A stretch of DNA of 64,000 nt from the human T2T-CHM13v2.0 reference genome, Homo sapiens (GCF_009914755.1 NC_060926.1), one strand, 5' to 3'. Shown: positions 1 to 15,749, counted from the stretch's first letter. Notes: generated by a model not told the origin, from the letters alone. Made by a program: numbers and translations.

Positions 1-2475
1 CACATATACATCTGTTTCACAAACAGAAGGAAAACACCTCTTCCCTTCAAACCTCCTCTGCTAATTACTAGTAAAAAATCTAATTATTCTTATATATAAG
101 GAAACTTGAACATATTCTGAAATAAATGTGTAATAATTTATTCATAAGCAATGAAACATTACCTCAAAATAAAAATATCAAATATTCAAAAGAAAAATAC
201 TAAAGGTGGTAGTTTTGAAGAGAAGTAGTAAAACATTATAGTGAAAGAATTTCATAAAACATAAATCTAGATTTCCAAAAATGCTGTGATTTTTGTACAG
301 TTGTTTGTTAATGGAAAATAAGTTTTAAAAGAAAATCATTTATATCCTATATTGTTTCACTACATTAGTGAAGTACAAAAATCAGTTTTGTATGACTCTG
401 CATCTGAGAGAGCATTATCTTATTCACAGAAAAATAACATATACGAATACACATATAGTTTGTGTAATTCTGTCAGTTATAATAGCCTACTGAAGTACTT
501 AAATTGATCCTGATTTTCTGTGATGACCATTGAATGCTTTGAAATGATAAGACAGCCTTATTTTGTGCTTCAAAAATATTGAAAAATATTTAAATACAAA
601 TGTAACAGAAACATTATTCACAAAATCACGGGAAAACACAGATGGCTTTTCTTTTTAATTCCCAAAAAGTATTGTGTCTCAAATTGGAAAATAACTTAAA
701 AGGAAAATAAAACCTCTCCAAATTAAGACTTAAGGCTTTAAATTATTATCCATATAATTTTTTTTTACTTTATTTCAACATATAAATAAAACAATAATAA
801 TTATTTTTCATTGCAGAAGCTGATTCTTTAATAATTTAATGACTTGAATATACATAGGAATGCAAGGGTTTTTTCAGTGAATAAAAGAAGACACATAGGC
901 CAAAAGGAAAGCTACTTTTCAAGTTTTAACTGATCAACAATTACTCGATGAGATATAATATTACAGAAAATTACTCAAATCCTAGGGCATTTTAGAATAA
1001 TTTGAAATAGTAGAAGGTAAGCCTCTTTAATTGTAGTCAGAGAGCAATTTAATATTTAAATTTTACAGAAAACCAAATTGGATCAGTTTTTTGTTGTCGT
1101 ATTTTCTTTTATATTTTATGTACTTTATTTGTACTCTGGGGAGGGTGGTATGGTTAGCTGAGCTTAAAATGCAATACAAACAATATACCAATAGCTTGAG
1201 ACTTCTAGTGTAAATCACAAGATAGGTCCCCATTTAAATCCCAGACCAAGTAATAGCAAAGCAAGATTCATTCATTCTATTTTAGTATTTTGATAATTCT
1301 TATTTCCAAAGAGTTTCTTCAAACTATAATTTTAATTTCATCCTGACACCTTTTTTCAAAAAATGCATACTTCATTATATGGTCCTTGCACAACTGCACC
1401 ACCTAGTGTTTACTCAGTAATTCCACAAATTTAATAAAGTTCTCAGCATTTAAAACAAAACAAAAACCCCTACCATCACCACCATGATACCACCATACTA
1501 CATCAACCATCTAAACTTTGTTATCTTCAACTTATAAAGTTTAACTTTGTTTGACTTATAAAAGACTTATAAACTATTAAGTTTGGGATATATTAAAATT
1601 TTGGATTTTAATTATAATCTATTTAAAATATTCTGAGTGTACACTGAAATACATATTTCAAATGTGTTCAAACTGATTCTCTATTATTTCAAAAAGACTC
1701 ACTTTTAAAAATCTAGAATGTATTTCAATGTCAAAATTAATAGACAAAAATGAGAATGGTAGGTGGCCTACCATTTTCATGGGCAAAAGCGATAATGGTG
1801 TATATCTCCTCTTCTCTCTATTCCTTTGGCTTCCTGAGGACAACAGAGTAGTAGGCAGAGTAGGCTCTTTTGCCTGTTCTTCACTCAGAATCATATTTTA
1901 AAAGCTGTATATAAGGAAAGGTATGCTACTATTAGTTTCCTCAATAGTTATTAGATTTTTTAAAATTAATGTTCCTGTTACAGTGTTGAGCAATAACTTT
2001 TTTAAATGTGCATCTGTGAATGATAAATTACCATATTATATGAAATTTAAAATATTAACCTGAGACTTATTTAATAATGTACCTGATTATTACTAATCAT
2101 TATTGCAGTTCTACATTTTAATCAGGCATAAGTGATAAACTATTCATGTGAATTACTAGAATCAACATTGACTTTACATAGTTAAAACTAAGAATTCATA
2201 AAGTAAGCTGGAGGGAGAAAAAGAGGAATTCAGGCAAAACAGAAAGGTACTCTAAGGCCTTTCCAAAGACTTTATGATCCATTATCTACACTTGGGAGAG
2301 CCAATCCTATTCCTTTTCTAGCAGCAGGGTGCCACGGCCATGGATTACAGAATTCCCTGGCTGGTAAGTATACCAGTTCTCCAACTTGCCAACCTCCAGT
2401 GTTGAAAGCCAGGAGAGAGCCAAATACAATTTGGCTTAGAGTAGTAGTCCTAAGTGTTAAAGTGTGTGAGTAGAA

Positions 2476-2560
2476 TGTGTGTGTGTGTGTGCACGTGTAT
2501 GTGTGTGTATGTGTGTGTGTGTGAGAGAGAGAGAGAGACAGAGAGAGAGAGGAGGGAGAG
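2476..2560. repeat. Compound (TG)n(AG)n microsatellite
   Basis: Directly visible. Confidence 0.95.
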
Positions 2561-4249
2561 AAAGAGAAAGAAAAAAAGAGACAGATGAATGAAAATGGAG
2601 GGCTTCAATCCAAATTGAAAACTAGTCCAGGCTTCCCATTTAAACTGCAAAGGTATGCAATCAAATCTTCTTTGGATAGTGTCTATTACCCTCTGTTCTC
2701 CAGCATCAGGCTTCTATAATGATGCATTTTCTTATCCACCCTGTGATAATCTACCCGAACATTTTATTTTTCACCTTCTTTCTAGTCGAGGTATGATTTA
2801 TATAATTTGTTCCTCTAAAGCAGGGTATAAAAAAAACAATCCAAGTGATTTTCTTGGTGCCATGATGTCAAGTAGAACTCAGATCCACCTAGAAACATTC
2901 AAGTGTTCATGGACCACAGTGTATTCTCTAGAGGCTGAAGGTACACAAGAATATGACACACCTCCTTGGCAAAAAACGGTGCAATGGTCTACAAAGGGCT
3001 CTTCCAGCCCCTCTCGTTTCTTCTGAACGAGGCGCTCAGATTTAAAAAAAAAAAAAAAAAAGTACTGTGAAATGTGCCTGTGGATTGAAGGCTTTTCCTG
3101 ACTCACATAAAACTTACCAAAACCTTTATCTTTGCTAGACTGATGCAGGGTCTTGCTCCCATGATCCTAGAGACCAACTGTAACAATACAGTCTCCTAAG
3201 ATCTGACAGCCATACCTCTCAGGATCCTAAGTCTAACCCAGCACACCAAGGAACTATACCTACAAAAATATTGTGGGATACTATATTCACTGAAGCAGAA
3301 AAATGAGAGCCACGCTTGGGAGGGCCTTAGCCTGTAATTAGCTCCTCTGATCAGCAAAATGGAGAAATGGGGTAACACTCATTACTGTTCCGCCTAAAGA
3401 ATAAAATGAAGTGAAAATGGTAAAAGGAGATATTTTATGCATGACGTATGTGGAAATAGATAACTCAGAGCCTTTAATATGAACTCAGAGCAAAACAGTA
3501 ATGTAGTTTTTAAATTCAAGAGGAAAGAAGACAGAGTCCAGGCCTGCTCAAGGTAGGGGATCTAATAGACAATCCAATTCTAACAACAAGTTTGAATTCT
3601 CAACATAAAAGGGAAAGAAAAGTAAACTCACCCAATCTTTCCTACTCTAGAGAACTCCAACTAAAATTGCCTTGGCACTGAAAGGAGGCCAGGGGATTCT
3701 GTACCTGAGACACCATAGCCTGAAGCAAGCCACTGCATACAGTTACAGTCCAAATTATCTTGACTGGTGTATTCAAAACATTTTAAATCTTGACTTAGCC
3801 CAAACTGGTGCCAGGCTTGTAAGTGACCTCAAATGCACAGCATAAGCAAACAAAGTTCCTCTTGGAAGAATAATTACAAGATCATTCCAGAGCCCAAAGC
3901 CTTATTTAATTTTTCAAATTTAAAAAATGACACAATAAAACAAGGTATCATGAAAAAGAACCAGTAAAGGTATTAGAAAGCAGAAACAAACTCAAAAACT
4001 TAATATATTGGAATCAGGCACAGAAAATAAATAACTATATTTATATCTAAAGACATAAAAAACAGGGTTGGAAATACTGCAGAAAACAGAAAACTATTTT
4101 TTTAAAAAAAAGACAAAAGATTTCTGAGAAGGTAAATAAACTAGAAATGAAAAATATAATACTTGAAATTAGAAACTCAATAGAAAGAATTAATTCCAGA
4201 TTAGAGAGCTGGGAAACATGAAAGAGTGAGCTAGTTTAAAAGACAGTTT

Positions 4250-5260
4250 AACAAATAATTCTATTAAAACATAGGCAAATGATGAAAAGACATATCTCAA
4301 AAAAGATATACAAATGACCAAGAAATATATTAAAAATGCTCAACATCACTAATCATCAACGAAATGTAAATCAAAACCACAGAGACATCATCCTATCCCA
4401 GTTAGAATGGCTATTATCAAGAAGACCAAAAAACAACATATGCTGACAAGGATGTAGACAAAAAGGAGAGTAGGCTCAACTATTAAACACTGCTGGTGGG
4501 AACATAAATCAATACAGCCATTATGGAAAACAGTATGGAGATTTCTCAAAAACTAAAAATAGAACTACCGTATGATCCAGCAATTCCACTATTGCGTAAA
4601 TATCCAAAAGAAAGGAAATCAATATATCAAAGAGATATTTGCACTCCCATTTTATTGCAGCCCTATACAAAATTTGCTAAAGTATGGAATAAACCCAAGT
4701 GCCCATCAATGGATAAACAGATAAAGAAAATGTGGTATGTATATACACACACACACACACACATACATACACACACAGACACACACACTGAAATATTATT
4801 CAGCCATTATAAAGAACGAAATTCTGTCATTTGCAGCAACATAGATGGAACTGGAGGTCATCATGTTAGTGAAGTAAGCCAAGCAGAGAAAGACAAATAT
4901 CACATGTTCTCACTCATATGTGGAAGGTAGAAAAAGAAAAAAAAAAAAAAGGTGGCTCTCATGAAGATAGAGAATAGACTTGTGGGTACCAGAGGCTGGG
5001 AAGGTGGGGTGGGGGATGATGAAGAGCAGTTTATTAATAGATACGAATGGTGTTTCACAGATCAGTAGAATGACTATACTTAACAGTAATCTATTACACA
5101 TTTCAAAATAGCTAGAAGAGAATAATTCAAATATTTCTACCATAAAGTTAAATATTTAAGGTGAGAGATATTCTAATTACCCTGATTTGATTATATGAAT
5201 GTATCAAAATTATCACATACTCTGAAAATATGTACATCTATTATGCATCAATAAAAAATA
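4250..5260 (+). mobile_element. L1MA-type 3' fragment (end of ORF2 plus 3'UTR) with an internal (CA)n
   Basis: IELPYDPAIPLL...PKCPS..IKKMWY peptide, L1 3'UTR sequence and an A-rich end. Confidence 0.85.
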
Positions 5261-5854
5261 TTAATGAAAAACTTAAGACATATAACTCAAAACAAAAATA
5301 ATAAATACTAGAAGCAATCCCAAATTTTTTTAAAAAGCAAATGTAAGTATTACATAATACTTATAAGAGACACATCTAAAATATAAGGAAACACAAAGAC
5401 TGAAAGTAAGAAGGAAAAATGATTTTTCATGAAAATACTAACAAAAAGATACCTGGTACAGTTGTATTAATATCAAGCAAAAAAGGCTTTTTAAATTATT
5501 TCTAAAGACAGTCAGTTTATAATGACAGAGGTTCAACTCACCATGAAAAAACAATTTAGAATTAATATGCATCCAATAACATACCTTCAAAATATATAAA
5601 ACAAAAACTAACAGAAGTAAATCTACTCTTAGTTTCCTGAATGGCAATCAGAAAAAAAAAATCATAATAGATATGGATTTTAGAACAGCATTAACAAATC
5701 TGTCACAATTGGCATGTAGAGAACACTACACTCAAAAGCTAAAGAATATGTACTCTTCTAAAACTCAATTTGGACATTAAAAAATCAAATGGACCGCATC
5801 TTAAGTCTTGACAAATGTTAAGGTACTTTGATCATAAAGAATACATTTTCTTTC

Positions 5855-5982
5855 CTTTTTTTTTTTTGAGACCGAGCTCTCGCCATGTTGCCCAGGCTGA
5901 TCTCGAACTCCTGGCCTCAAGCGATCTTCCAGCCTCAGCATCCTGAGTAGCTAGGATTACAGGCATGAGCCATCATGCCCAG
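5855..5982 (-). mobile_element. FLAM / Alu left monomer
   Basis: Single antisense Alu arm with poly-T. Flanking ACATTTTCT duplication. Confidence 0.85.
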
Positions 5983-6156
5983 CAAAACACATTTTCTAAC
6001 TAATTCAGCTAGAACTCAACCAAAAAATAATTAAAATAAATGTCTATATGTTAAGAATCAGGAAACACACTTCTAAACAACCATGGGTGAAAGAAACATA
6101 CCGGCAGAAAAAGTTTTAAGTATGTATGTTAAACAGTGATGAAAATATCATCTGTT

Positions 6157-6460
6157 GGCCAGGCGTGGTGGCTCACACCTGTAATCCCAGCATTTTAGGA
6201 GGCAGAGGTGGGTGGATCACCTGAGGTCAGGAGTTCAAGACCATCCTGGCCAACATGGAGAAACCCAGTCTCTACTAAAAATATAAAAATCAGCTGGGCA
6301 TGGTGGCTGACGCCTGTAATCCCAGCTACTCAGGAGGCTGAGGCAGGGAGAATCACTTGAACCTGGGAGGCGGAGGCTGCAGTGAGCCAGGATCCTGCCA
6401 TTATACTTCAACCTGGGCAATAGAGTGAGACTGTCTCAAAAAAAAAAAAAAAAAAAGAAA
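6157..6460 (+). mobile_element. AluS
   Basis: Full dimer with A-tail. Confidence 0.93.
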
Positions 6461-6675
6461 ATAGCATTTGTGCTAAGCATCCATCTAAAGGAATTAAAAA
6501 TAAAAAGAGCCTCAAAGGAAATTTGAAGTAATTGGAAGGAAATAATAAAATTAGCAGAATTAATGAATTCAGAAACAAAAACACCACAGTCAAGAAACTG
6601 TTTTATACTGTAATGGAAACTAGAAAAAAAAATTACCAAGTCATTAGCATAAAAGAAATTTTAAAACTATTCTCA

Positions 6676-6980
<305 letters not shown>

Positions 6981-7129
6981 ACTATTCTCATAAACAGGAA
7001 TTAGGAAGACGGACATAAGAACACACCCACATCAGTGGCTACTTCCACTCAAGGTTCTGATCTTGTTGCTCCAAATAGTAAGAAAGGGAGATGTGAAATT
7101 TAGTTGTTTATGCAGTAATAATGTGCTCA

Positions 7130-7375
7130 CTCCCTCTCTTTCCTAGGCCATCTCCCACTGCTTCCCTCCACTCCAGACCTTTCTGCAGTACTCTCTGAAC
7201 TTCCTTCCACTCTGTCTTAAACATCTTCAAATGCATCAACCAATGCTTTCTCTCTCTCTCGTCTTCTATAAAACTTAGTTCTGCCATTATACTGGCTTCT
7301 CCTATGTTCTCATGCGTAGATTCTTTATCTCACACATTCCCAACAGCATTAACTATATTTGTCTCCCATCTTAAG

Positions 7376-7417
<42 letters not shown>

Positions 7418-8350
7418 CCTTCCTCTAATTCCAATGACCACCATTCTCCTTGGTTTAAAAACCAAGTCTTGAAAGAGTTTTCTTCATGTATTCACAATCC
7501 CTGCACTATGGTTTCTATTTTCACCACAAAAGGAAACTGCTTTCGCTAAGATCACCAATGATTTCCTTGTTCCTAAAGCTAATGGACCTTTCTCAGGCCT
7601 TATCTCACTTGAGGTTTCTCCTATTATTTGACACTGTTAACATCTCTTTTTTCTAGTACTATTTTCTTCTCTTTGCTCCCAAACTAGTTTACTTCCTATC
7701 TTTCTGACCACTCTTCCTTAAGTACCATTTTTCTGTTTCTGTCTAATATTCCTCAAAATTCTGTCTTAGGTCCTCTTCTATCTGCTATCCTTGGGGTGAT
7801 CATATCTGCTTCCACAGCTTCAATTTCCATCTACAAAATTAAATCTCAAGCATTATATATATATACATACACATACATATACATATATGTGTGTATATAT
7901 ATACATATATATGTGCATATGTATGTGTATATATATACACATATATATGTGCATATGTACATATATATGTATATATATATACACACCCATAGAAAGGCAA
8001 GCTGTTTCCCTTTCATCTACCCCCAACTCCTGAAATAAGAATTCCTTATAACGTTACTTACCAAGGACTAAAATTGAACTTCTCTTCACCAGGCAAACCT
8101 GTCTATTTTCCTGTGATTCCAGTTTTAGTAAACAATACTATCATTCATTCAATTGCTCAAGGCAGAAACCTACGTATAAGTCTTTTGTCCTCCTTCTGCC
8201 TTGCTACTCACATCCAGTCAACCACTACCCACTAAAGTCTACCTTATAAATGTCTTTCAAAATGATCTAAATCTCTTCTCTGAAATATCAGCATTTATTC
8301 CAAGATTTCAAAAATGAAGACCTTCAAATTCATCATTTCTTATGTACAAT
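7130..8350 (+). mobile_element. Degenerate L2 fragments with (CA)n at 7378-7414 and (TA/TG)n at 7855-7986
   Basis: Pyrimidine-rich L2-like motifs, e.g. AAGATCACCAATGATTTCCTTGTT. Confidence 0.6.
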
Positions 8351-8439
8351 ATAAACTTTCCTAATCCACAAGAAAAATTAGCTTAGCTTTCATTTATAAA
8401 TAAATACAAAAAAAAATCCACTAGTAAAAAATATGACTG

Positions 8440-8833
8440 TAATATAGTTTGGATTGCGTCCCCTCCAAATCTCATGTTGAAATATAATCCCTAGTGTTGG
8501 AGATGGGGCCTGGCGGGAGGTGTTTGGGTCATGGGGGCAGATCTCTCATGAATGGCTTGTTGCCCTCCTTGAGATAGCAAGTTCTCACTCTGAGTTCAAG
8601 TGAGATCGGGTTATTTAAGAGTCTGGAACCTCCCCCTCTTGCCATGTGATACAATGACAATGACTCCAATGCCTTCCACCATGATTGAAAGCTTCCTGAG
8701 GCCTCACCAGGAGCAGATGCCAGCACCATGCTTCCTGTACAGCCTGCAGAACCATGAACCAAAATAACACTCTTTTCTTTATAAATTACCAGCCTCAGAT
8801 ATTTCTTTATAGCAACATAAATGGACTAATACA
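8440..8833 (+). mobile_element. MaLR solo LTR (MST-like)
   Basis: TAATATAGTTTGG...CCAAATCTCATGTTG...GGACTAATACA. 5-bp TSD GACTG/GACTC. Confidence 0.88.
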
Positions 8834-9129
8834 GACTCCTATCATGACAAGGACATGTTGGACACACTGCTCTTAGATAATATTAAGGCAAATAAGACTC
8901 AAAATATGTTAAAAGCAAAATGCTGGCATAATGCTTTTGTTTTCTAAAACCAAAGACACGTATGTGAATTATTTGTTACATAAAAGGCACCCATTTGAAA
9001 AGGGTGATTTTTTTATAATGTGCCAGATTTGTCATTGTCCTTTTCTAACCTATCCCCATCACAGTCTTTCCTTCTTAAATCTTCTTATCCTAGTATAAAC
9101 CTAAATATGAATATTCTGTTTTGCTTTCA

Positions 9130-9266
9130 TTTTCTTTTTTTTTTTTTTTAAGAGAGAGGGTCTCACTATGTTGCCCAGGCTGGTCTCAACTCCTGGGCTC
9201 AAGTGATCTTCCTACCTCAGCTTCCTAAGGTTCTGGATTTTCAGGTGTGAGCCACCACACTTGGCC
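9130..9266 (-). mobile_element. FLAM / Alu monomer
   Basis: Single antisense arm. Confidence 0.8.
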
Positions 9267-9277
9267 CTGCTTTCTTT

Positions 9278-9588
<311 letters not shown>

Positions 9589-10024
9589 GGCCCTGCTTTC
9601 TTTAAAACAATATTTTATATTCTATATTCTATTTAAAATCCAAGTATTCTATTATAGTACCCAAAAAAAGTTGTGAAAAGTTATTTCACTAGTATCAATA
9701 TTTACTCTGTATTTGGGCACTGTTAAACTGAGCAGAATGAAGACTTATAAAAAATAAATTTTCTCTATTCTTTCTCTTTTATGTTGTTTATTCCAGTTAT
9801 TCCCAGAGATATATATACACCTACTCTAATGCATAAAAATTATTTAATTTTAAAGATTCCAGAAAGCAGTAATAAAATGCCAATTTTTAAAGATTTATTC
9901 TCATACTAAGTAACAAGTGTTTAAAAGATATCTGCATTTTAAAAAGTAATAAAGAAGTAATTCAACTTAAAAAATAGCTAGACACTGTCAGGAAGATTAT
10001 AAGGTATAAACACAGTATCTCCTC

Positions 10025-10100
10025 TTTTTTTTATTTCAACTTTTAAATGCAGGGGGTACATGTGTGGGTTTGTTATATGGGTATATTGCGTGATGCTGGG
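10025..10100 (-). mobile_element. Very short L1PA 3'-end insertion
   Basis: GGGGGTACATGTGTGGGTTTGTTATATGG. TSD-like GTATCTC(C/T)TCTTT on both sides. Confidence 0.7.
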
Positions 10101-11928
10101 TATCTCTTCTTTTAGGGTTTACAAATTAGTTGAGAAGACAAAGGACACAGATACAAACAGCAGAACAATAATACAGGATATTTGATAGGAAATGTGTGAC
10201 TAAATGCCAAATAAAAGGCACTAACAAAAAAGCTATAAATCACTTAATACAGAGAAATCATTAGGGACCAGCAGTGATTAGAAACAGCTTCTTGGAAGGA
10301 ATAGAACCTGTGTTTTGTCAGATGAGTAGCAAACTTTTAGAAAATAACAGAGATAAGAGAATCACACATAATAAAAACCAAAGATTGTTTTCAGCGTAAA
10401 ATAAATACAAGTGTGTCTAAAGGTGATTTCTACTAAGCAGTGAAGTTAAGAAAAGTTAGATAGGTTACCACTAAACTACAGAAGGCCTTGCATGCCAAAC
10501 TAAGAATTATGAAATGAAATTTAACCTCTCTGGGCCTGATGGCACTGAAGGAAAAGCATCCAACAGACTCACTGACACTTGGGGAAAGCAACAGTATTTT
10601 TTAAGTGTTTAGTTCTCCCCACACCACTGTAAGGGGGAGAGAGGAAGAACTGATATAAAAATAAGCTTGATTTAATTTTACGAGCTTTTGCCAAGGAATA
10701 ATAAAATTACAAATGAGTAATGTGAACTCTTCAACTGTTAAATTCCATTTATGAAATATGATACAACATTTTCTTTTATTCTCTTTGAACTAATCATTTA
10801 TTTCAAGGTTGTGGGAAGTATTTCCCGCCCATCCTCCCGATCCTGGTACGTGTTAGAGCCAGTTATTTTTGCAGCTTTGAAGTTGCTTCAAGATCTGTCA
10901 TTTGGTTAGGTCAGGGGATGAATGCCTGAGGTGTTTTGTCCTCCAGGATGCTATTTTTCCTCAATTCATCTATGTTTGGAAATGATTTATGCATTTTGGA
11001 GTGCAGGGTATTTTTTTCAAGATTTAAAATATCAACATGTCTCATGTTGACCTCAACATATTCAAGACATAATTTTCCATTCTTCTATTTTGTGTAAATA
11101 TTTAAGCTCACCTTTACATCAATCTGATGCTTTTAAAAAAAACAAAACTTTTTTCTTGGTAAGTAGAGCATTCAATGTGAATTGGGTCATAGGGATATTC
11201 AATTTTAGAAGAAAAGAGGGTTGTTTTTCTAGCTTTGCTGTGAAATAATTTCAAGTTAATGGAAGTGTTGCAAAAATGATTTTTAAAAAAAACTCCTCTA
11301 TACCCTTGACCCAGATTCCCCAATTAACATTTTACCTCATTCAATTTAACATTCTCTTATACACACAAACACACACAAATTTATTTCAAGCCATTTGAAA
11401 TTAAGTTGCAGACACAATGCTCCATTACCCCTTGATATGTCAGTGTGTATTTCCTAAAACCAAGGACACTCTTTCACATAACCACAGTACAACCATCAAA
11501 ATTAATAATTTACTATCAACACAATTTTACCATTTAAACCAGAGACCAAATGCCAGTTTCACCCATTGTTCCAATAATGTTTAGATCCAATTCAGGATCA
11601 TGCTTTGCATTTCACTGTTATGTCTCTTTGGTCCACTTCAATTTGGAACACTTCCTGCTGTCTCTTGATTTTGACATTTCTGATGCATAAAGCTGGTTAC
11701 TTTATAGAAGTTTCTTCGCTTTGAATTTTTCTTATGTTTCCTTGGAATTAGATGTGGCTTATGTATTTTTGGCAAGAATACTGCAGAAATGATGCCATGC
11801 TCTTCTAGGTTCATTATATCAGGAGGCACACAATGTCAACTTGTCCCATTATTGGGGTTGGCAACTTATGTCACTTGGTAAATTGGTGTCTACCATGATT
11901 TCCCCCAGTTAATAAATATGTTGTACTT

Positions 11929-12191
<263 letters not shown>

Positions 12192-15100
12192 TTATGAAAT
12201 TATGCAAGTATCCTCCTCATCAAAATTTCACCTACTACTGAGAAGAACAAAAATGGTGATTGAGTCCTGAACCAACAACTGAGGTATCCAGGTTCTCTCA
12301 CTGGGACTGACTAGGCAGCTGGTGAGACCCATGGAGACTGAGGAAAAGCAGGGTGGTGTGACAGCCCACCTGGGAGCTACATGGGGGAAAGGAAGCTCCC
12401 ACCCCTCAGCCAAGAGGGGGTGAGAAATTGTGCTACCCTGCCCAAGAAACCACCCTTTTTCCACAGATCTGAGCAGTCCACAAATTAGGAGATCCCCTCA
12501 TGAGCTCATGCCAGCAGGGCCTTAGTCTAACGCACAGAGATGTGCAGATTCTTTACAGCCACTTGGCTGGAGACTGCCTAAGACTACCAAGTTCCCAGGG
12601 AGAGGGGCGGCAGCCATCATTGCAGCTCTGGTCTGCTATTTTTCCCCTGCCAGTGCCAAGGAGACTGGGCAGTTTGGACACGGGAGGAATTCCTCACAGC
12701 ATAGCACAGTGCCTGTGGCAGATTGTGGCCAGACTGCCTCTTGAGGCCGGACCCTGACCCATCCCTCCTCACTAGCTGGGGGGACCTCCCTGAGGGAATT
12801 TCAGCAACTCTAGCCAGGGGTTTATGGGCAGAACTCTGGTCTCCCTGGGACTGTACCCCTGCAGGGAGAGGCAGCCATGATCTCCGTAGATCAGCGGACT
12901 TAGTTTTTCCCCCTGCTGTCTCTAGAGAATCCAGGCGGTCCAGGCCAGTGGGATTCCCCCCAGTGCAGCACACCCTCTCTGCCAAGGGGCAGCCAGAGTG
13001 CTTGGTTAAGTGGGTCCCGGATCCCGTGCCTCCTGACTAGGTGAGACCCCCCCCGCAACAGGGGTTGCAGGACACCTTATACAGGAGCATTCCCACTGGA
13101 TCAGGTCGGTGCCCCTCTGGGATGGAAATCCCAGAGGATGGAGCAGGCAGCCATCTTTGTTGTTCTGCAGCCTCCACTGGTGACATCTCCAGTGTGAGAG
13201 GGACCCAGGAAAACAGAGTCTGGAGTGGACCCCCAGCAAGCTGCAGCAGCCCTACAGAAGAGGGGTCTGACTGTTAAAAGAAAAACAAACAGAAAGGAAC
13301 AACAACAACAACAGCATCAACAAAAAAAGTCCCCAAAAAACCCCATGCAAAGGTCAGCAGCCTCAAAGATTGAAGCTAGACAAACTCACAAAGATGAGAA
13401 AGAATCAGTGAAAAAAATGCTGAAAAATAAAAAAGCCAGAGTGCCTCGTCTCCAAATAATCCTCTCCAGCAAGGGCACAGAACTGGATGGAGGCTGAGAT
13501 GGATGAATTGACAGAAGTAAGCTTCAGAAGGTAAGTAATAACAAACTTCTCTAAGCTAAAGGAGCATGCTCTAATCCACTGCAAAGAAGCTAAGAACCAT
13601 GAGAAAACATCACAGCAGCTGTTAACCAGAATAACCAGTTTAGAGAGGAACATCAATGACCTGATGGAGCTGAAAAACGTAACATGAGAACTTCACAAAT
13701 CAACTACAAGTATTAACAGCCAAATAGACCAAGTGAAGGAAAGAATTTCAGAGCTTGAAGACTATCTTGCTGAAATAAGAAAGGCAGACAAGATTAGAGA
13801 TAAAAGAATGAAAAGGAACGAACAAAACCTCCAAGAACTATGGGGTTATGTAAAAAGTCCGAACCTGCGATTGATTGGGGTACCTGAAAGAGATAAGGAG
13901 AATGGAACCAAGTTGGAAAACATACTTCAGGATATAATCCAGGAGAATGTCCCCAAACTAGCAAAGCAGACCAACATTCAAATTTAGCCTCTTTGCATTG
14001 GGTTGGAACATGCTCCTTTAGCTCAGTGAAATTTGTTATTACCCACCTTCTGAAGCCTATTTCTGTCAATTCATTCATCTCAGCCTCCATCCAGTTCTGT
14101 GCCCTTGCTGAAGAGGTGTTGAAATCTTTCGGAAGAGAAGAGGCACTCTGGCTTTTTTAGTTTTCAGAACACCAGTAAGATACTCCATGAAAAGATCAAC
14201 CGCAAGACACATAATCATCAGATTTTCCAAGGTCGAAATGAAGGAAAAAATGTTAAGGACAGCCAGAGAGAAAGGCCAGGTCACCTACAAAGGGAAGCCC
14301 ATCAGACTAACAGCAGACCTCTCAGCAGAAACCCTACAAGCCAGAAGAGATTGGGGGCCAATATTCAACATTCTTACAGAAAAGAATTTCCAACCCAGAA
14401 TTTCATATCCAGCCAAACTAAGCTTCATAAGTGAAGGGGAAATAAAATCCTTTTTGGATAAGCAAATGCTGAGGGAATTCATCACCACCAGGCCTTCCTT
14501 ACAAGAGCTCCTAAAGGAAGCACTAAATATGGAAAGGAAAGAACGTTATCAACCACTACAAAAACACACTGAAGTACAAAGACCAATGACACTATGAAGC
14601 AACTACAACATGTCTGCAAAATAACTAGCTAGCATCACAATGACAGAATCAAATTCACTCATTTAACCGTAAATGTAAATGGACTAAATGCCCCCAATTA
14701 AAAGACACAGAATGACAAGCTAGATAAAGAATCAAGACCCCAACAGTGTGCTGTATTCAAGCGACCCATCTCACGTGCAAAGACACACAAAGGCTCAAAA
14801 TAAAACGATGAAGGAAAATTTACCAAGCAAATGGAAAGCAAAAAAAGCAGGGGTTGCAATTCTAGTTTCTCACAAAACAGACTTTAAACCAACAAAGACC
14901 AAAAAAGACAAAGAAGGGGCATTACATAATGGTAAAGGGTTGAATTCAACAAGAAAAGCTAACTATCCTAAACATATATGCACCCAATACAGGAGCACCC
15001 AGATTCACAAAATAAGCTCTTAGAGACCTACAAAGAGACTTAGACTCCCACACAATAACAGCTAGAGACTTTAACACCCCACTGTCAATATTAGACAGAA

Positions 15101-15749
15101 AATTAACGAGGATATTCAGGACTTGAGCTCAGCTCTGGATCAAGTAGACTTGACAGACATCTATAGAACACTCCACCCAAAAACAACAGAATACACATTC
15201 TTCTCGGTGCCACATTCACTTACTCTAAAATCTATCACATAATTGAAAGTAAAACACTCCTCAGCAAATGCAAAAGAAGTGAAATTATAAAAACAGTCTC
15301 TCAGACCACAGTGCAATCAAATTAGAACTCAAGATTAAGAAACTCACTCAAAACCATACAACTACATGGAAATTGAACAACCTCCTCCTGAATGACTCCT
15401 GGGTAAATAATGAAATTAAGACAGAAATCAAGAAGTTCTTTGAAACCAAAGAGAACAAAGAGAAAACATAACAGAATCTCTGGGGCACAGCTGAAGCAGT
15501 GTCATAAGGGAAATTTATAGTACTAAATGCCCACATCAAAAAGCTAGAAAGATCTCAAATCAACACCATAACATCACAACTAAAAGAGCTAGAGAATCAA
15601 AGCAGACAAGAAATAACCAAGTTCAGAGCAGAACTGAAGGAGATAAGAGACATAAAAACCTCTTAAAAAAAAAAATCAATGAATCCAGTAGCTGGTTTTT
15701 TGAAAATTAACAAAATAGACGGCTAGCTAAACTAATAAAGAAGAAAAGA

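Larger units (their letters stand above)
5270..6660 (+). mobile_element. Old L1M ORF2 (endonuclease-region) remnants interrupted by Alus
   Basis: Degenerate A-rich L1-like sequence. Confidence 0.6.

Noticed and set aside
2655-3026. 123-aa ATG ORF followed by an A-run at 3044-3061 (possible retrocopy or de novo gene)
   Set aside because: No recognisable protein similarity, no AATAAA before the A-run, and no TSD found.
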